Assembly (NCBI GenBank): GCA_965200155.1
Contig: CBDATR010000023.1
Coordinates: forward strand, 1-25,116
Length of the DNA: 25,116 nt
Direction of reading: 5' to 3'
Source: Nitrosopumilaceae archaeon
GTDB taxonomy: Archaea; Thermoproteota; Nitrososphaeria; Nitrososphaerales; Nitrosopumilaceae
Numbering within the stretch: position 1 is the stretch's first letter; every line of letters begins with the position of its first letter. The position numbers and the translations under genes are program-made. The notes beneath the pieces are model-generated. The model did no database searches. It saw only the letters and a program-made list of their open reading frames with translations, and was not told the origin of the DNA. Below are positions 1-9,702 of this stretch, one piece after another.

Positions 1-61
1 ACAAATCACATTAACTGTAGCGATCAGTTGTGCGTAAATTTAGACACAGGTGAACTCATAC
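1..61 (+). mobile_element. MITE-A copy, cut by window start
   Basis: Matches the last 61 nt of the 92-bp consensus and ends GTGAACTCATAC. Followed by AAACGGTTAC, a MITE-B terminus fragment. Confidence 0.9.
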
Positions 62-67
62 AAACGG

Positions 68-235
68 TTACCTCATACTCATGACTCGTTCATCAATCTC
101 TTGCCTTGTTTCATAGGTGTTAAGATGGCTTATCGTTTTCATGTAGGAATGGTCATCGAATACTTTAGTGAGTTGCTTTACTATTCCATCATGAAATACT
201 GGTACAGGTATCATTTTACAGCTGATGGATGACAT
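68..235 (-). pseudogene. Possible C-terminal gene fragment (55 codons) cut off by the IS5-like end at 237
   Basis: Open frame MSSISCKMIPVPVFHDG...ETRQEIDERVMSMR* abutting the IS terminus. Family not identified. Confidence 0.2.
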
Positions 236-236
236 T

Positions 237-548
237 AGACCTTATGCGCATGATTGACAGGAATAGCCCATGTTGCTTCAAACTGGGGTGTATTTTATGG
301 CACACAATCAGTCAAGCATGAACAATGTGAATGGCACCTGCCAGCACTAACGTATGCCGTGATTACAAATGTCGTGTAGTGGGGTGACCGGATCTTGATG
401 ACGTATATCATGAGTGAGCTAAATGGTTACCACAAAACCCATTAATTTAGTGGATTTTCTGATGAGTAATATTCGAATTATAATATCACGGAAATTATGG
501 ACAGATATTTTTCAAGAATTTCTTGTACCTGGTATGCTTGTGCATAAT
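237..548 (-). repeat. 312-bp tandem duplicate of the IS5-like element's downstream end
   Basis: 237-548 appears identical to 549-860. It starts exactly at the TIR AGACCTTATGCGCA and includes the last transposase codons. Confidence 0.9.
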
Positions 549-2094
549 AGACCTTATGCGCATGATTGACAGGAATAGCCCATGTTGCTTCAAACTGGGG
601 TGTATTTTATGGCACACAATCAGTCAAGCATGAACAATGTGAATGGCACCTGCCAGCACTAACGTATGCCGTGATTACAAATGTCGTGTAGTGGGGTGAC
701 CGGATCTTGATGACGTATATCATGAGTGAGCTAAATGGTTACCACAAAACCCATTAATTTAGTGGATTTTCTGATGAGTAATATTCGAATTATAATATCA
801 CGGAAATTATGGACAGATATTTTTCAAGAATTTCTTGTACCTGGTATGCTTGTGCATAATGTGTAAATTATGCAACCCGGATACTACGAGTAGATCTTCC
901 CGGAATTCCTCACGACTACCATCATATACCTGACTTAATCTACGATATACCTTTAGCATTCGAATTACATTCTCGATTAATATGCGCCTTTTTGATACAT
1001 ATTGGTTGTATTTCCTTTCAGTTTTAGTGAGTGATTCCCTACCCCTGTATGGAATCATGACCTTTGCGCCGGGTAGGAAGTCTTTCATACCCTGGTATCC
1101 TGCATCTGCTATTACTGTTATCTTATCGGATGGCGGCGTGGTTGATTCTTTTAGGGACTTGCCCCATTTGCCACCGAGGGGAATATCATTCTTGAATATA
1201 CCATAATCGTGTCTTTTTCCCTCATATACTCCACTTACGTGAATTATCAGTCTTTTCTTGTTTGATGTTATCTGTACGTTATACGTGTGGGTTTTTTGTT
1301 TACCAGAGTACATTGCCTCCTGATTTTTTTCAGGACGTTGTACGCGTACATGTGTCCCGTCAGTCTTTATTTCCCCTCCGGCTCGACCGGGAACAATTTC
1401 CTTAAAGTCCGATGCTGACTTGATTTGCGATATTGCTTTTGCAACGGTATCGGCCGTTGGGAGTATCTTGATCAGTCCCTGCTTTGTAAACTGGATGTAA
1501 CGGCATATGTTTGACTGGTTTATCTTGAGTATTGCTGCCAGCAGCTCCTGCTTTGTATTGCAGCGCAGGCGTATCAGTGTAACTAAGAGTACATGCCTGA
1601 CCGGAAATTTGTTCACGTGCCCGCGATCATTTGTAAGTTCTAAGAATCGCCGTGCATCATCGCCTTCCAGGGACTCTACGTATTCTGTGAATCTGATTAA
1701 TATCCATTTGAACTCTTCCGGGGTGCACCCGGTCAGGGAATGAAGCTGATCCTTGCGTTCTATGATGCCATCGAGATTTGAAACGAGGGCATTCTTTGTT
1801 TGAGCTTCAAGTTTGGCGTGCAGGCTGTCATTTTTCCCACGTAAACTGTCAACTTTGCCACGCAGGTTTGTTACTTCGGCCTCGGACCTGGTGCGTAGCC
1901 GGTAGTACTCTGTGACTAACTGCTCCCTGGTGAGTTCTTCTGCTTTTAGCATACCTGGTATTACAAAATTAGGTCTTAACTTTTCTGTTTCACACGAGTC
2001 TGTGGGAAAACCCATGATACTAGGTCAATTGTTCGTATCTAACAACTTGGTTTAGACGTGCAGGGTGGGAGAAGTGATTCTGCGCATACGGTCT
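549..2094 (-). mobile_element. IS5-superfamily (ISL2/DDE_Tnp_4-like) insertion sequence, apparently complete
   Basis: TIRs AGACCTTATGCGCA (549-562) and TGCGCATACGGTCT (2081-2094) match 13/14. AAT flanks both sides (possible 3-bp TSD). Contains an intact transposase ORF. Confidence 0.85.
807..1952 (-). CDS. DDE transposase, IS5/ISL2-like (HTH + DDE_Tnp_4); ORF is open upstream to 2015
   Basis: Motifs LTGCTPEEF, TDGTHVRVQRP, MYSGKQKTHTYN, GKRHD, IADAGYQG, RILIENVIRMLK are typical of this transposase group. Confidence 0.88.
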   Translation of the reverse strand: MLKAEELTREQLVTEYYRLRTRSEAEVTNLRGKVDSLRGKNDSLHAKLEAQTKNALVSNLDGIIERKDQLHSLTGCTPEEFKWILIRFTEYVESLEGDDARRFLELTNDRGHVNKFPVRHVLLVTLIRLRCNTKQELLAAILKINQSNICRYIQFTKQGLIKILPTADTVAKAISQIKSASDFKEIVPGRAGGEIKTDGTHVRVQRPEKNQEAMYSGKQKTHTYNVQITSNKKRLIIHVSGVYEGKRHDYGIFKNDIPLGGKWGKSLKESTTPPSDKITVIADAGYQGMKDFLPGAKVMIPYRGRESLTKTERKYNQYVSKRRILIENVIRMLKVYRRLSQVYDGSREEFREDLLVVSGLHNLHIMHKHTRYKKFLKNICP

Positions 2095-2338
2095 AATAAA
2101 AAATAATAAACTAAAGAAAGAAGATCTTCCAATTCCACCAGAAGCACAGACGTATATCATAAATACCAAACCGAAACATAAAGCGAGAAATTTTATACGT
2201 TATAAGAAAATATGTGGTATGTATATAGATGTAAATATTAGTGGTCAGTGTTGTGTACAAAATGCAATTAAATTAATTAAAGCTACAAATACACGTCTCC
2301 CTGATTTTAAATTAGTATTAGCTACTAGTTAATGATAC

Positions 2339-2417
2339 GATATGTCTAATTTTACACACGACGTATCACAATAATTAGTGTGATTTAAGCACGTAAATAT
2401 AAGATGTAAACTCGTAC
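2339..2417 (-). mobile_element. Decayed MITE-A relative (older subfamily)
   Basis: ATATGTCTAATTTTACACACGAC...GTGATTT...AAGATGTAAACTCGTAC aligns loosely to reverse MITE-A and resembles the decayed copy at 6694. Confidence 0.6.
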
Positions 2418-2426
2418 GATTATCCA

Positions 2427-3354
2427 CTATTCCACATAATGATGATGAACCAAATCATCATAGAATCTGACCGATTTTATATTAACAAACTCCAGCATTC
2501 CATACCTTGATAGCTCCCTCCCAAATCCACTATGCTTTATCCCACCAAAGGGAATTCTGGGATCTGATACGACCACATTATTCACGCTAACTATTCCTGA
2601 TTCAATGCGCCTCGATATCTTTTCTGCCTTCTGTAAGTTCTTTGTCCATATACTGGCACCCAGACCAAACTCAATATCATTGGCAAGTCTTATGGCCTCG
2701 TTTTCATCCTCGACTATAGTTATGGGTGCAACAGGTCCAAAGGTCTCCTCACTGGTAATCCTCATATTTGATTCTATATTGGTAAGTATGGTCGGCTTGT
2801 AAAAGAACCCGTCCCTGTCCATTTGCGAGCCTCCCAAAAGTATCTCTGCTCCCTTCTCCTTTGCATCCTCCACAATCCCAGAAATGGTATCAAGGCTATC
2901 TTTGCTTGAGAGGGAGCCAATATCTGTCTCCAATGATGCAGGATCCCCAACTCTCAACTGTGACGTCTTTTTAACAAACATCTCTATGAAATCCTTGGCA
3001 ACACTCTTACTCACAAAGAACCGCTTTGATGCCACACAGCTCTGCCCGCAATTGATAAATCTGCCCTTTACGGCTCCTTCGGCTGCCTTCTCTACTATTG
3101 CATCATCTAATACTATGAAGGGATCACTACCTCCCAGCTCCAGGACACATTTTTTCAGGTTCCTGGCTGCTCTTTGGCCCACCTTTGCCCCTGCATTTGT
3201 ACTTCCAGTAAAAGTGACAGCATTCACGTCCGAGTCAATCAGGTGATTCGCCGAGTCCACACTACCGACGACTGTCTGAAATATTCCCTCGGGTATACCT
3301 GATTCAGTAAACGCCTTTTCTATCTCCAATCCAGATTGCAATGTAACCCTGGAC
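2427..3354 (-). pseudogene. NAD(P)-dependent aldehyde dehydrogenase (succinate-semialdehyde dehydrogenase-like), 5'-truncated
   Basis: Motifs FTGST, LELGGSDP, NCGQSC, EETFGPV, PFGGIKHSGFGRE are present. The frame runs into MITE-A at 3355 and the N-terminal part of the cofactor-binding domain is missing. Confidence 0.85.
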
Positions 3355-3446
3355 GTATGAGTTCACCTGTGTCTAAATTTACGCATAACTGATCGCGACA
3401 GTTAATGTGATTTGTGCATAAGATTCCGGAAGACGTGAACTCATAC
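3355..3446 (-). mobile_element. MITE-A (92 bp), no TSD, at a deletion junction
   Basis: Perfect 12-bp TIRs. Flanks CCCTGGAC and CATTTGTA differ. Confidence 0.95.
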
Positions 3447-3972
3447 CATTTGTAAGCTCCATGAAGTATGAGTTCACCTGTGTCTAAATTTACGCATAAC
3501 TGATCGCGACAGTTAATGTGATTTGTGCATAAGATTCCGGAAGACGTGAACTCATACTCCATGAATCGCCGTGCATCATCGCCTTCCAGGGACTCTACGT
3601 ATCTGTGAATCTGGTTAGTATCCATTTGAACTCTTCCGGAGTGCATCCGGTCAGGGAATGAAGCTGATCCTTGCGTTCTATGATGTCATCAAGATTTGAA
3701 ACGAGTGCATTCTTTGTTTGAGCTTCAAGTTTGCCACGCAGGTTTGTTACTTCGGCCTCGGACTCGGTGTGTAGACGGTTGTACTCTGTGACTAACTGCT
3801 CCTTGGTGAGTTCTTCTGCTTTTAGCATACCTGGTACTACAAAATTAGGTCTTAACTTTTCTGTTTCACACTAGTCTGTGTGTGAAAACCCATGATACTG
3901 GGTCAATTGTTCGTATCTAACAACTTGGTTTAGACGTGCAGGGTGGGAGAAGTGATTCTGTGCATACGGTCT
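3447..3972 (-). mobile_element. Truncated second copy of the IS5-like element (upstream end and transposase N-terminus)
   Basis: Diverged copy of about 1628-2094, ending TGTGCATACGGTCT. Has a 42-bp deletion, a frameshift and a MITE-A insertion. Confidence 0.9.
3466..3557 (-). mobile_element. MITE-A (92 bp)
   Basis: TIRs present; 8-bp TSD TCCATGAA at 3458-3465 and 3558-3565. Confidence 0.95.
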
Positions 3973-3995
3973 ATTATTCCCCCGCCCTACTATAA

Positions 3996-5065
3996 TGTCA
4001 ATAGTACGAAAAGTAAGTCCGCTTAGGATCCGGCGTACAGTAGTTCAGATTGCACAAGCCAGATGGTAAAGAGAATAACAGAGGAATCAAGACAAAAGAG
4101 GCGTTGCCACCACCAAAATAGCTCAAGACCTGAAACAAGACACGTACGAAGATTGTGAACCAGAGAACGGGAACGACTCGAGTAAAGATGGGCAGGCCCA
4201 TGATACCAATCACCGCCACCCAGATACTAATGGTAACTGAAGCATACAGCAAGGACCCCGCCGGAGGTATGAGTTCACGTCTTCCGGAATTTTATGCACA
4301 AATCACATTAACTAGAACAACCTGTTCCATCAGTTATGCGTAAATTTAGACACAGGTGAACTCATACCGCCGGAGTAGTACGTATTGCAAAGAGGCTTAG
4401 ACATAATACATATCGCGCAGTATATCGCATAATGAAAAAGAATGGTACGGCAGGCTCATCACCTGCAAAGTCAGAGTGGGTACGCTATGAGCGTAAATAT
4501 TCCAATGCAATGTGGCACTGGCATGTCATGAAAAGATGAGCGCTTCAGGGGACTGAATCTCATAGATGATGCATCCAGGTGTATAGTCGGGGCGGCACTA
4601 TTTGAGCATGCAACCTCAGAGAACGCCCCGCTCTATTACTGAGACTGGCAATGAAACAATTCGGCGCCCCTGCATCTCGGATAACGGCGCGTGTTTCGTA
4701 GGACAATAAAAGGGCAAAAAGAACTGGAAACCCACTATTCTAGGAAGAACTGCTGAATCAAGACATCATACTAATCAATTCCAGACCATACCACCCGCAG
4801 ACAAATGGCAAACTGTAGCGCTTCCACAGAACGATTGAGGACGAGGGGACTCTTATTTAAGAGTCCGACGAGATATGGCATTATGACAGTCTCCGGGATT
4901 ATATCGACTACTACAATGAGAGAAGATTGCACTTCTCACTGGATATAGATAACGGCGAAACGCCGCTTCAGGAATAAAAAGGCGACCCAGACAATTAGGG
5001 CAAATGATGCAAAATGGATGGAGCGAGATACCAATGACTAGCGGACCGACTTTTCATACATTACA
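3996..5065 (+). mobile_element. IS481-family element, pseudogenised
   Basis: TGT...ACA ends with imperfect TIRs (TGTCAATAGTACGAAAAGTAAGTCCGCT / AGCGGACCGACTTTTCATACATTACA). Broken frames encode WVRYERKYSNAMWH, SDNG, SRPYHPQTNGKL and YIDYYNERRLHFSL (rve-type core). Confidence 0.82.
4267..4367 (+). mobile_element. MITE-A variant (101 bp) nested in IS481
   Basis: TSD CGCCGGAG. Central GTCGCG is replaced by AGAACAACCTGTTCC. Confidence 0.95.
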
Positions 5066-5144
5066 TTTCGTACTATTTGAATACATTGCAGCCAGTGAAT
5101 ACATATAAAAAAAGTTTTTAAAAAGAATCTAATATGTGCAAATT

Positions 5145-5555
5145 ATGACAAACAGGGCAATCAAGATATTGGTGGCAAAACTTGGACTGGATGGTCATGA
5201 TCGGGGCGCCTTGGTACTGTGCAGGGCATTTCGTGACGCTGGCATGGAGGTAATATACTCTGGTCTCTTTGCAACTCCGGACCGTATAGCACAAATAGCC
5301 GAAGACGAGGATGTGGATGCTGTGGCTATGAGTCTATTAAACGGGGCTCACAACACACTGTTTCCCCGTGTGGTATCAAAAATGAAGGAAAAGAATCTTG
5401 ATGATGTACTGGTAGTGGGCGGGGGTGTGATACCTTACTCTGATTATGTACAACTTCGGGATTCCGGTGTAGATAGAGTATTCGGGCCCGGAGCTCCACT
5501 CCCGGAGATAATCCAGCATATAGAGAGCGGTGTGGCACAGCGAAGAAGTCTGTAG
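5145..5555 (+). CDS. Cobalamin-binding subunit of an acyl-CoA (methylmalonyl-CoA) mutase
   Basis: AKLGLDGHDRG (DxHxxG) and VVGGGVIP motifs in a stand-alone B12-binding domain. Confidence 0.92.
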   Translation: MTNRAIKILVAKLGLDGHDRGALVLCRAFRDAGMEVIYSGLFATPDRIAQIAEDEDVDAVAMSLLNGAHNTLFPRVVSKMKEKNLDDVLVVGGGVIPYSDYVQLRDSGVDRVFGPGAPLPEIIQHIESGVAQRRSL

Positions 5556-5643
5556 CGAAGCATCTTTTATCAAAGGTACGATACTGTGTACAACTTTACA
5601 GTCATGTGTCATTATTAAGAAAAATATGTCATATTGTCTGCGG

Positions 5644-6642
5644 TCATTCTGTGGATTCTGACCACATCATTTTTCGCATACGACGGCCCACCTGCTCTAT
5701 CTGGTGATCCTCCATCTGTTTTATGTAGCGATCAAAGGAGTTGCGCCCGTTCTTTTTGTACTCTGAAACCCATTCCTCGTTGAATGTGCCATTCTGTATC
5801 ATGTCTAGAACTTTCTTCATGTTGTCCTTGTTGGCTTCGTTCATAACCATGGGTCCTCTGGTCAGGCCACCATACCTGGCGGTCTCGCTGACGCGGTTCC
5901 ACATTCCATTGATGCCGTATCTCTGTATCATGTCAACTATAAGCTTCAACTCGTGCAGTACCTCAAAGTAAGCTATTTCTGGCTGATAGCCTGCCTCCAC
6001 CAGTGTCTCAAATGCATTTGTGACCATCTGGGCTGCTCCTCCGCAGAGATCTGCCTGCTCACCAAACCAGTCTGTCTCAACCTCTTCTTGGAACGTGGTC
6101 TTGATTAGACCTGCTCTAGCGCTACCAATAGCCTTGCCTATGCCTAATGTTCTGTCCCAGGCGGTGCCAGTGTAATCCTGGTGAACTGCCACTATGGACG
6201 GGGTACCAAAGTTCTGTAGATATGTCTCGCGTACCTTGGAGCCAGGTCCCTTGGGTGCCACCATTATAATGTCGATGTTACTTGGTGCTTGTATCCATTT
6301 CCAATGAATGGCTGCCGCATGCGAGAAGGATAAGGCCTTGTTTTCAGTAAGGTGTGGTGCAATGTCATTGCTGTATACTTGGGACTGCATCATATCTGGT
6401 ATCAGGACATGTATTATGTCCGCTTCCTTGCATGCGTCAGCAGTCGCCATAACGCGGTGACCTGCCTTCTCTGCCTTGTTCCAGCTCGCGCTGTCTCTTC
6501 TTAGGCCTACAACCACATTCAGGCCTGTATCTCTCATATTGTCTGCCTGAGCCTCTCCCTGTATGCCATACCCCAAGACGGCCACAGTCTGATCCGCTAT
6601 AGCGTCAATCTTTATGTCGTTGTCTTTCCATGTTTGTGCCAT
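5644..6642 (-). CDS. ilvC: Ketol-acid reductoisomerase
   Basis: LGYGIQG, MVAPKGPG, EVETDWFGEQADLCGG, AYFEVLHELKLIVD and VSETARYG motifs. Confidence 0.97.
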   Translation of the reverse strand: MAQTWKDNDIKIDAIADQTVAVLGYGIQGEAQADNMRDTGLNVVVGLRRDSASWNKAEKAGHRVMATADACKEADIIHVLIPDMMQSQVYSNDIAPHLTENKALSFSHAAAIHWKWIQAPSNIDIIMVAPKGPGSKVRETYLQNFGTPSIVAVHQDYTGTAWDRTLGIGKAIGSARAGLIKTTFQEEVETDWFGEQADLCGGAAQMVTNAFETLVEAGYQPEIAYFEVLHELKLIVDMIQRYGINGMWNRVSETARYGGLTRGPMVMNEANKDNMKKVLDMIQNGTFNEEWVSEYKKNGRNSFDRYIKQMEDHQIEQVGRRMRKMMWSESTE

Positions 6643-6693
6643 ATGTTGCCCGTATGTATGGTTCCAATATTAACCATTGATGCTGCGCGCAGA

Positions 6694-6885
6694 GTATGAG
6701 TTCGCATATGTCTAAATTCACACACGACGAATAGCGACGATTAGTACTACTTTAGTATGAGTTCACCTGTGTCTAAATTTACGCACAACTGATCGCTACA
6801 GTTAAAGAACCGGTTCTTTTGTGCATAAGATTCCGGAAGACGTGAACTCATACCGACTTTAAGCACATGGAAGATTTGAACTCAA
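6694..6885 (-). mobile_element. Decayed MITE-A relative interrupted by a young MITE-A
   Basis: Starts GTATGAGTTCGCATATGTCTAAATT and resumes after 6861, ending GAAGATTTGAACTCAAA. Confidence 0.7.
6755..6853 (-). mobile_element. MITE-A variant (99 bp, internal 16-bp palindrome)
   Basis: TSD CTACTTTA / CGACTTTA (7/8). AAAGAACCGGTTCTTT at 6804-6819. Confidence 0.93.
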
Positions 6886-7566
6886 AGAGACTGCAATCAC
6901 CATTGGCTTCCTGAATCGTAGAGTTGGCGTGGACTGGGTGCTACTGAGTGATCGCAGAAATCCGTTCGCTTGTACACTGACTTGACTAAAGCCAGTTATG
7001 TCATATTTGGTCACTCTTGGGGTGCTGCAGGGACAAATGTTTCTTCTATGAAAACAATGATCACGTCTTGGCCACATGCCCAAATTATGTAGTCGAGCAG
7101 ATTGAATCAATCTCCAAGATTCATTATACGTGAGCCCATGGGTCCACAGCCATCATGTCCGTACTCCTGCCCTCATTGCCTTTACAGTATTCATCAGGGC
7201 GCGTAGGCTCTCATCGGATCCTATGTCGCTCCGGTGCTCCAGCCCACGGGCGCCAGAGGCCGCTATCGCATCCTCCACAATGCGTGATGCCTCGGGGTAT
7301 TGTGTCTGCCATGGCACCTATGGCAACCGCCCGGGATCTTCCCGGATACACGCGCCAGTCCATATGCTGGCACCAACCTCTTGGGCGTATGTATGGTTAA
7401 GCGTGAAGTTTATGCGACTGCCCGGGGCGGGGTACTGGGGGCCACCAAATATTTAACCACGCATGCGCGCCTTTCGAACAGGACAGCGTCATCGACAAGT
7501 GTTCTGCACCACATCATGCGCAGTATGTCTGAGAAGGGTGTGCGCAGCATTCGCAGTATGTTTAGA

Positions 7567-7658
7567 GTATGAGTTCACCTGTGTCTAAATTTACGCACAA
7601 CTGATCGCGACAGTTAATGTGATTTGTGCATAAGATTCCGGAAGACGTGAACTCATAC
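7567..7658 (-). mobile_element. MITE-A (92 bp)
   Basis: TSD TGTTTAGA. Confidence 0.95.
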
Positions 7659-7898
7659 TGTTTAGACCCTCCGGATCGCCAAACCGCCCGTTAAACTCAT
7701 GAATTTTATCCCATCTCTTGTCAGAAAGAATCCGCCATTCAGGACACCGGTGAACCTCAGTCCAAGGTTACGCATCTCTTTCAGTATTCTCTCCATCACA
7801 CTCTTGCATGCCTCCAAGTCATTATGGGTCATGAATGGCAATACCTTTGCCGGTCCGGTAAAGCAGCCCATGCAGTCTGTCCCGGGACCTGTATCATC

Positions 7899-7990
7899 GT
7901 ATGAGTTCACCTGTGTCTAAATTTACGCACAACTGATCGCGACAGTTAATGTGATTTGTGCATAAGATTCCGGAAGACGTGAACTCATAC
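7899..7990 (-). mobile_element. MITE-A (92 bp) with hybrid flanks
   Basis: Left flank GTATCATC is the TSD of the 8231 copy; right flank TGTTTAGA is the TSD of the 7567 copy. Confidence 0.95.
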
Positions 7991-8230
7991 TGTTTAGACC
8001 CTCCGGATCGCCAAACCGCCCGTTAAACTCATGAATTTTATCCCATCTCTTGTCAGAAAGAATCCGCCATTCAGGACACCGGTGAACCTCAGTCCAAGGT
8101 TACGCATCTCTTTCAGTATTCTCTCCATCACACTCTTGCATGCCTCCAAGTCATTATGGGTCATGAATGGCAATACCTTTGCCGGTCCGGTAAAGCAGCC
8201 CATGCAGTCTGTCCCGGGACCTGTATCATC

Positions 8231-8322
8231 GTATGAGTTCACCTGTGTCTAAATTTACGCACAACTGATCGCGACAGTTAATGTGATTTGTGCATAAGAT
8301 TCCGGAAGACGTGAACTCATAC
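8231..8322 (-). mobile_element. MITE-A (92 bp)
   Basis: TSD GTATCATC. Confidence 0.95.
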
Positions 8323-9199
8323 GTATCATCTGCATACCTGTACGGGTAATCGTATGACGAGGGTGACAGTATGAGGTGCGCGCCGTCGGTCAGTCCCATG
8401 ATGGTGAACTCTATGCCTTCCAGGCGCTCTACCAATAGTACGCCCTCACCGGGTTTGTCATGGAGCAGCTCGGAAGCATAATGCCGACAATCCTCGTATG
8501 TCTTTAGGTGTGGGCCCATGAACTTTACGCCCTTGCCGCCGGTCAGACCCTCCGGCTTTATTACTACGGCCACGCTGGCATTACTGAACCACTCTAGCGC
8601 ATCATGTAACTCATCTGTATTGTGTACGATCCTGTAGCGCGGCATTATGTCCGGGCATACGCGGCTAACCAGCAGGGCGGACCATATCTTGTCCCATTCA
8701 ATATGGGCGGCGGCCTTGGGGGATCCGACAGTCTTTATTCCGGCATCCAGCAACTGATCAACTACCCCCGGCAGCTAGGGGCTCATCTGAGCTCACAATG
8801 CATAATCTATACTATTATCCACGGCAAATGCGGTAACCTCTGCCAGATCACGCGTGTTGCCCATCGTCCAGGCGCCGCCGGTCCGCTCAACACATGGATA
8901 ATTCCCGGGTTCATGTGATCCATGATACTGATGAATCCTCTACTAACCTGGACGCAAAAGCCGCTTCTCTTCCGGCACTACACACTACCAGAAATTTTTC
9001 CACAGTTACCACACCAAGATGACCGCATTTAATCTGTAGTGTAATATTCATAGAATTACCCGCCTTTGCAGTAATCGTTGGCCCATGGATGCCTGCCAGA
9101 GGGTTAGGCAGTCTTGATTTGCTCATTCCTGCAGGTAATAAGCCACCGGTCATGATAACCGTCTCTCACATACAGAACTTGTGTGGTTATCGCGCATTG

Positions 9200-9702
9200 G
9201 TATCGCAATGGGATGGTGCCATCACACACTTACTGAGTTCGCCTGCATCTACATTTATACGCGGCAGCAGCAATGACTAGTATAGAGGTCACCATAAGTC
9301 TTTGAGAACATGGCACCTCGTAGTATGGCACCCCGACCATAGTTAGATGGTAACTCGCACACCACTCCAGATCAGGGCGCCACTTTGTTAATCCCAGGAA
9401 CAAACCATTCTTGTTGGACGGGTAAACCGTCCCCTGATAACCGTTTTAGAACGCGGTAGCTGATTCACGTATAATGAATCACCCTTCTTTAGGCCATATG
9501 GTGACTTGGTGGACTAGTTCCTATTCTTGATCTTGGCCGGATCATGCTTCAATTCGAGAGTGGTTCCCGGTATGTAGTAACCGCCAAGACTGATCTCGGA
9601 TACCGCCTTGTTATACACGTAATCGGATGTGTGTCCAAATATCTTTGCGCGCCTGGAGAACTCCCTATCCGTTTTCAACTGTATTCCGGGTTGTGTCGTC
9701 AA
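9200..9702 (-). pseudogene. Possible degraded TnpB-like (IS200/IS605/IS607 accessory nuclease) N-terminal remnant
   Basis: IQLKTDREFSRRAKIFGHTSDYVYNKAV resembles the TnpB N-terminal 'FG..R.VYN.A' motif. Downstream frames are broken and the left boundary is approximate. Confidence 0.4.

Larger units (their letters stand above)
7567..8230. repeat. Tandem duplication, 2 x 332 bp (MITE-A plus 240 bp of purD)
   Basis: 7567-7898 matches 7899-8230; the ORF track gives identical translations for both units. Confidence 0.92.
7153..9003 (-). pseudogene. purD: Phosphoribosylamine-glycine ligase pseudogene
   Basis: Fragments SAGREAA, AAHIEWDK, VVIKPEGLTGGKGV, VERLEGIEF, GPGTDCMG, FNGRFGDPE and HRSDIG. 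Carries several frameshifts, three MITE-A copies and an internal duplication. Confidence 0.9.

Noticed and set aside
982-3246. Plus-strand ORFs overlapping the transposase and ALDH, and similar shadow ORFs over ilvC, ahcY, adh and rsmA
   Set aside because: Antisense shadows of well-supported genes with no motifs of their own.
6859-7110. 83-aa minus-strand ORF with several Cys/His
   Set aside because: TTG start, ends inside a decayed MITE, no recognisable family.
7567-8322. CRISPR array or integron cassette array (three evenly spaced repeats)
   Set aside because: Repeats are 92 bp, the 'spacers' are identical 240-bp purD pieces, TSDs are present, and there is no cas gene or integron integrase in the window.
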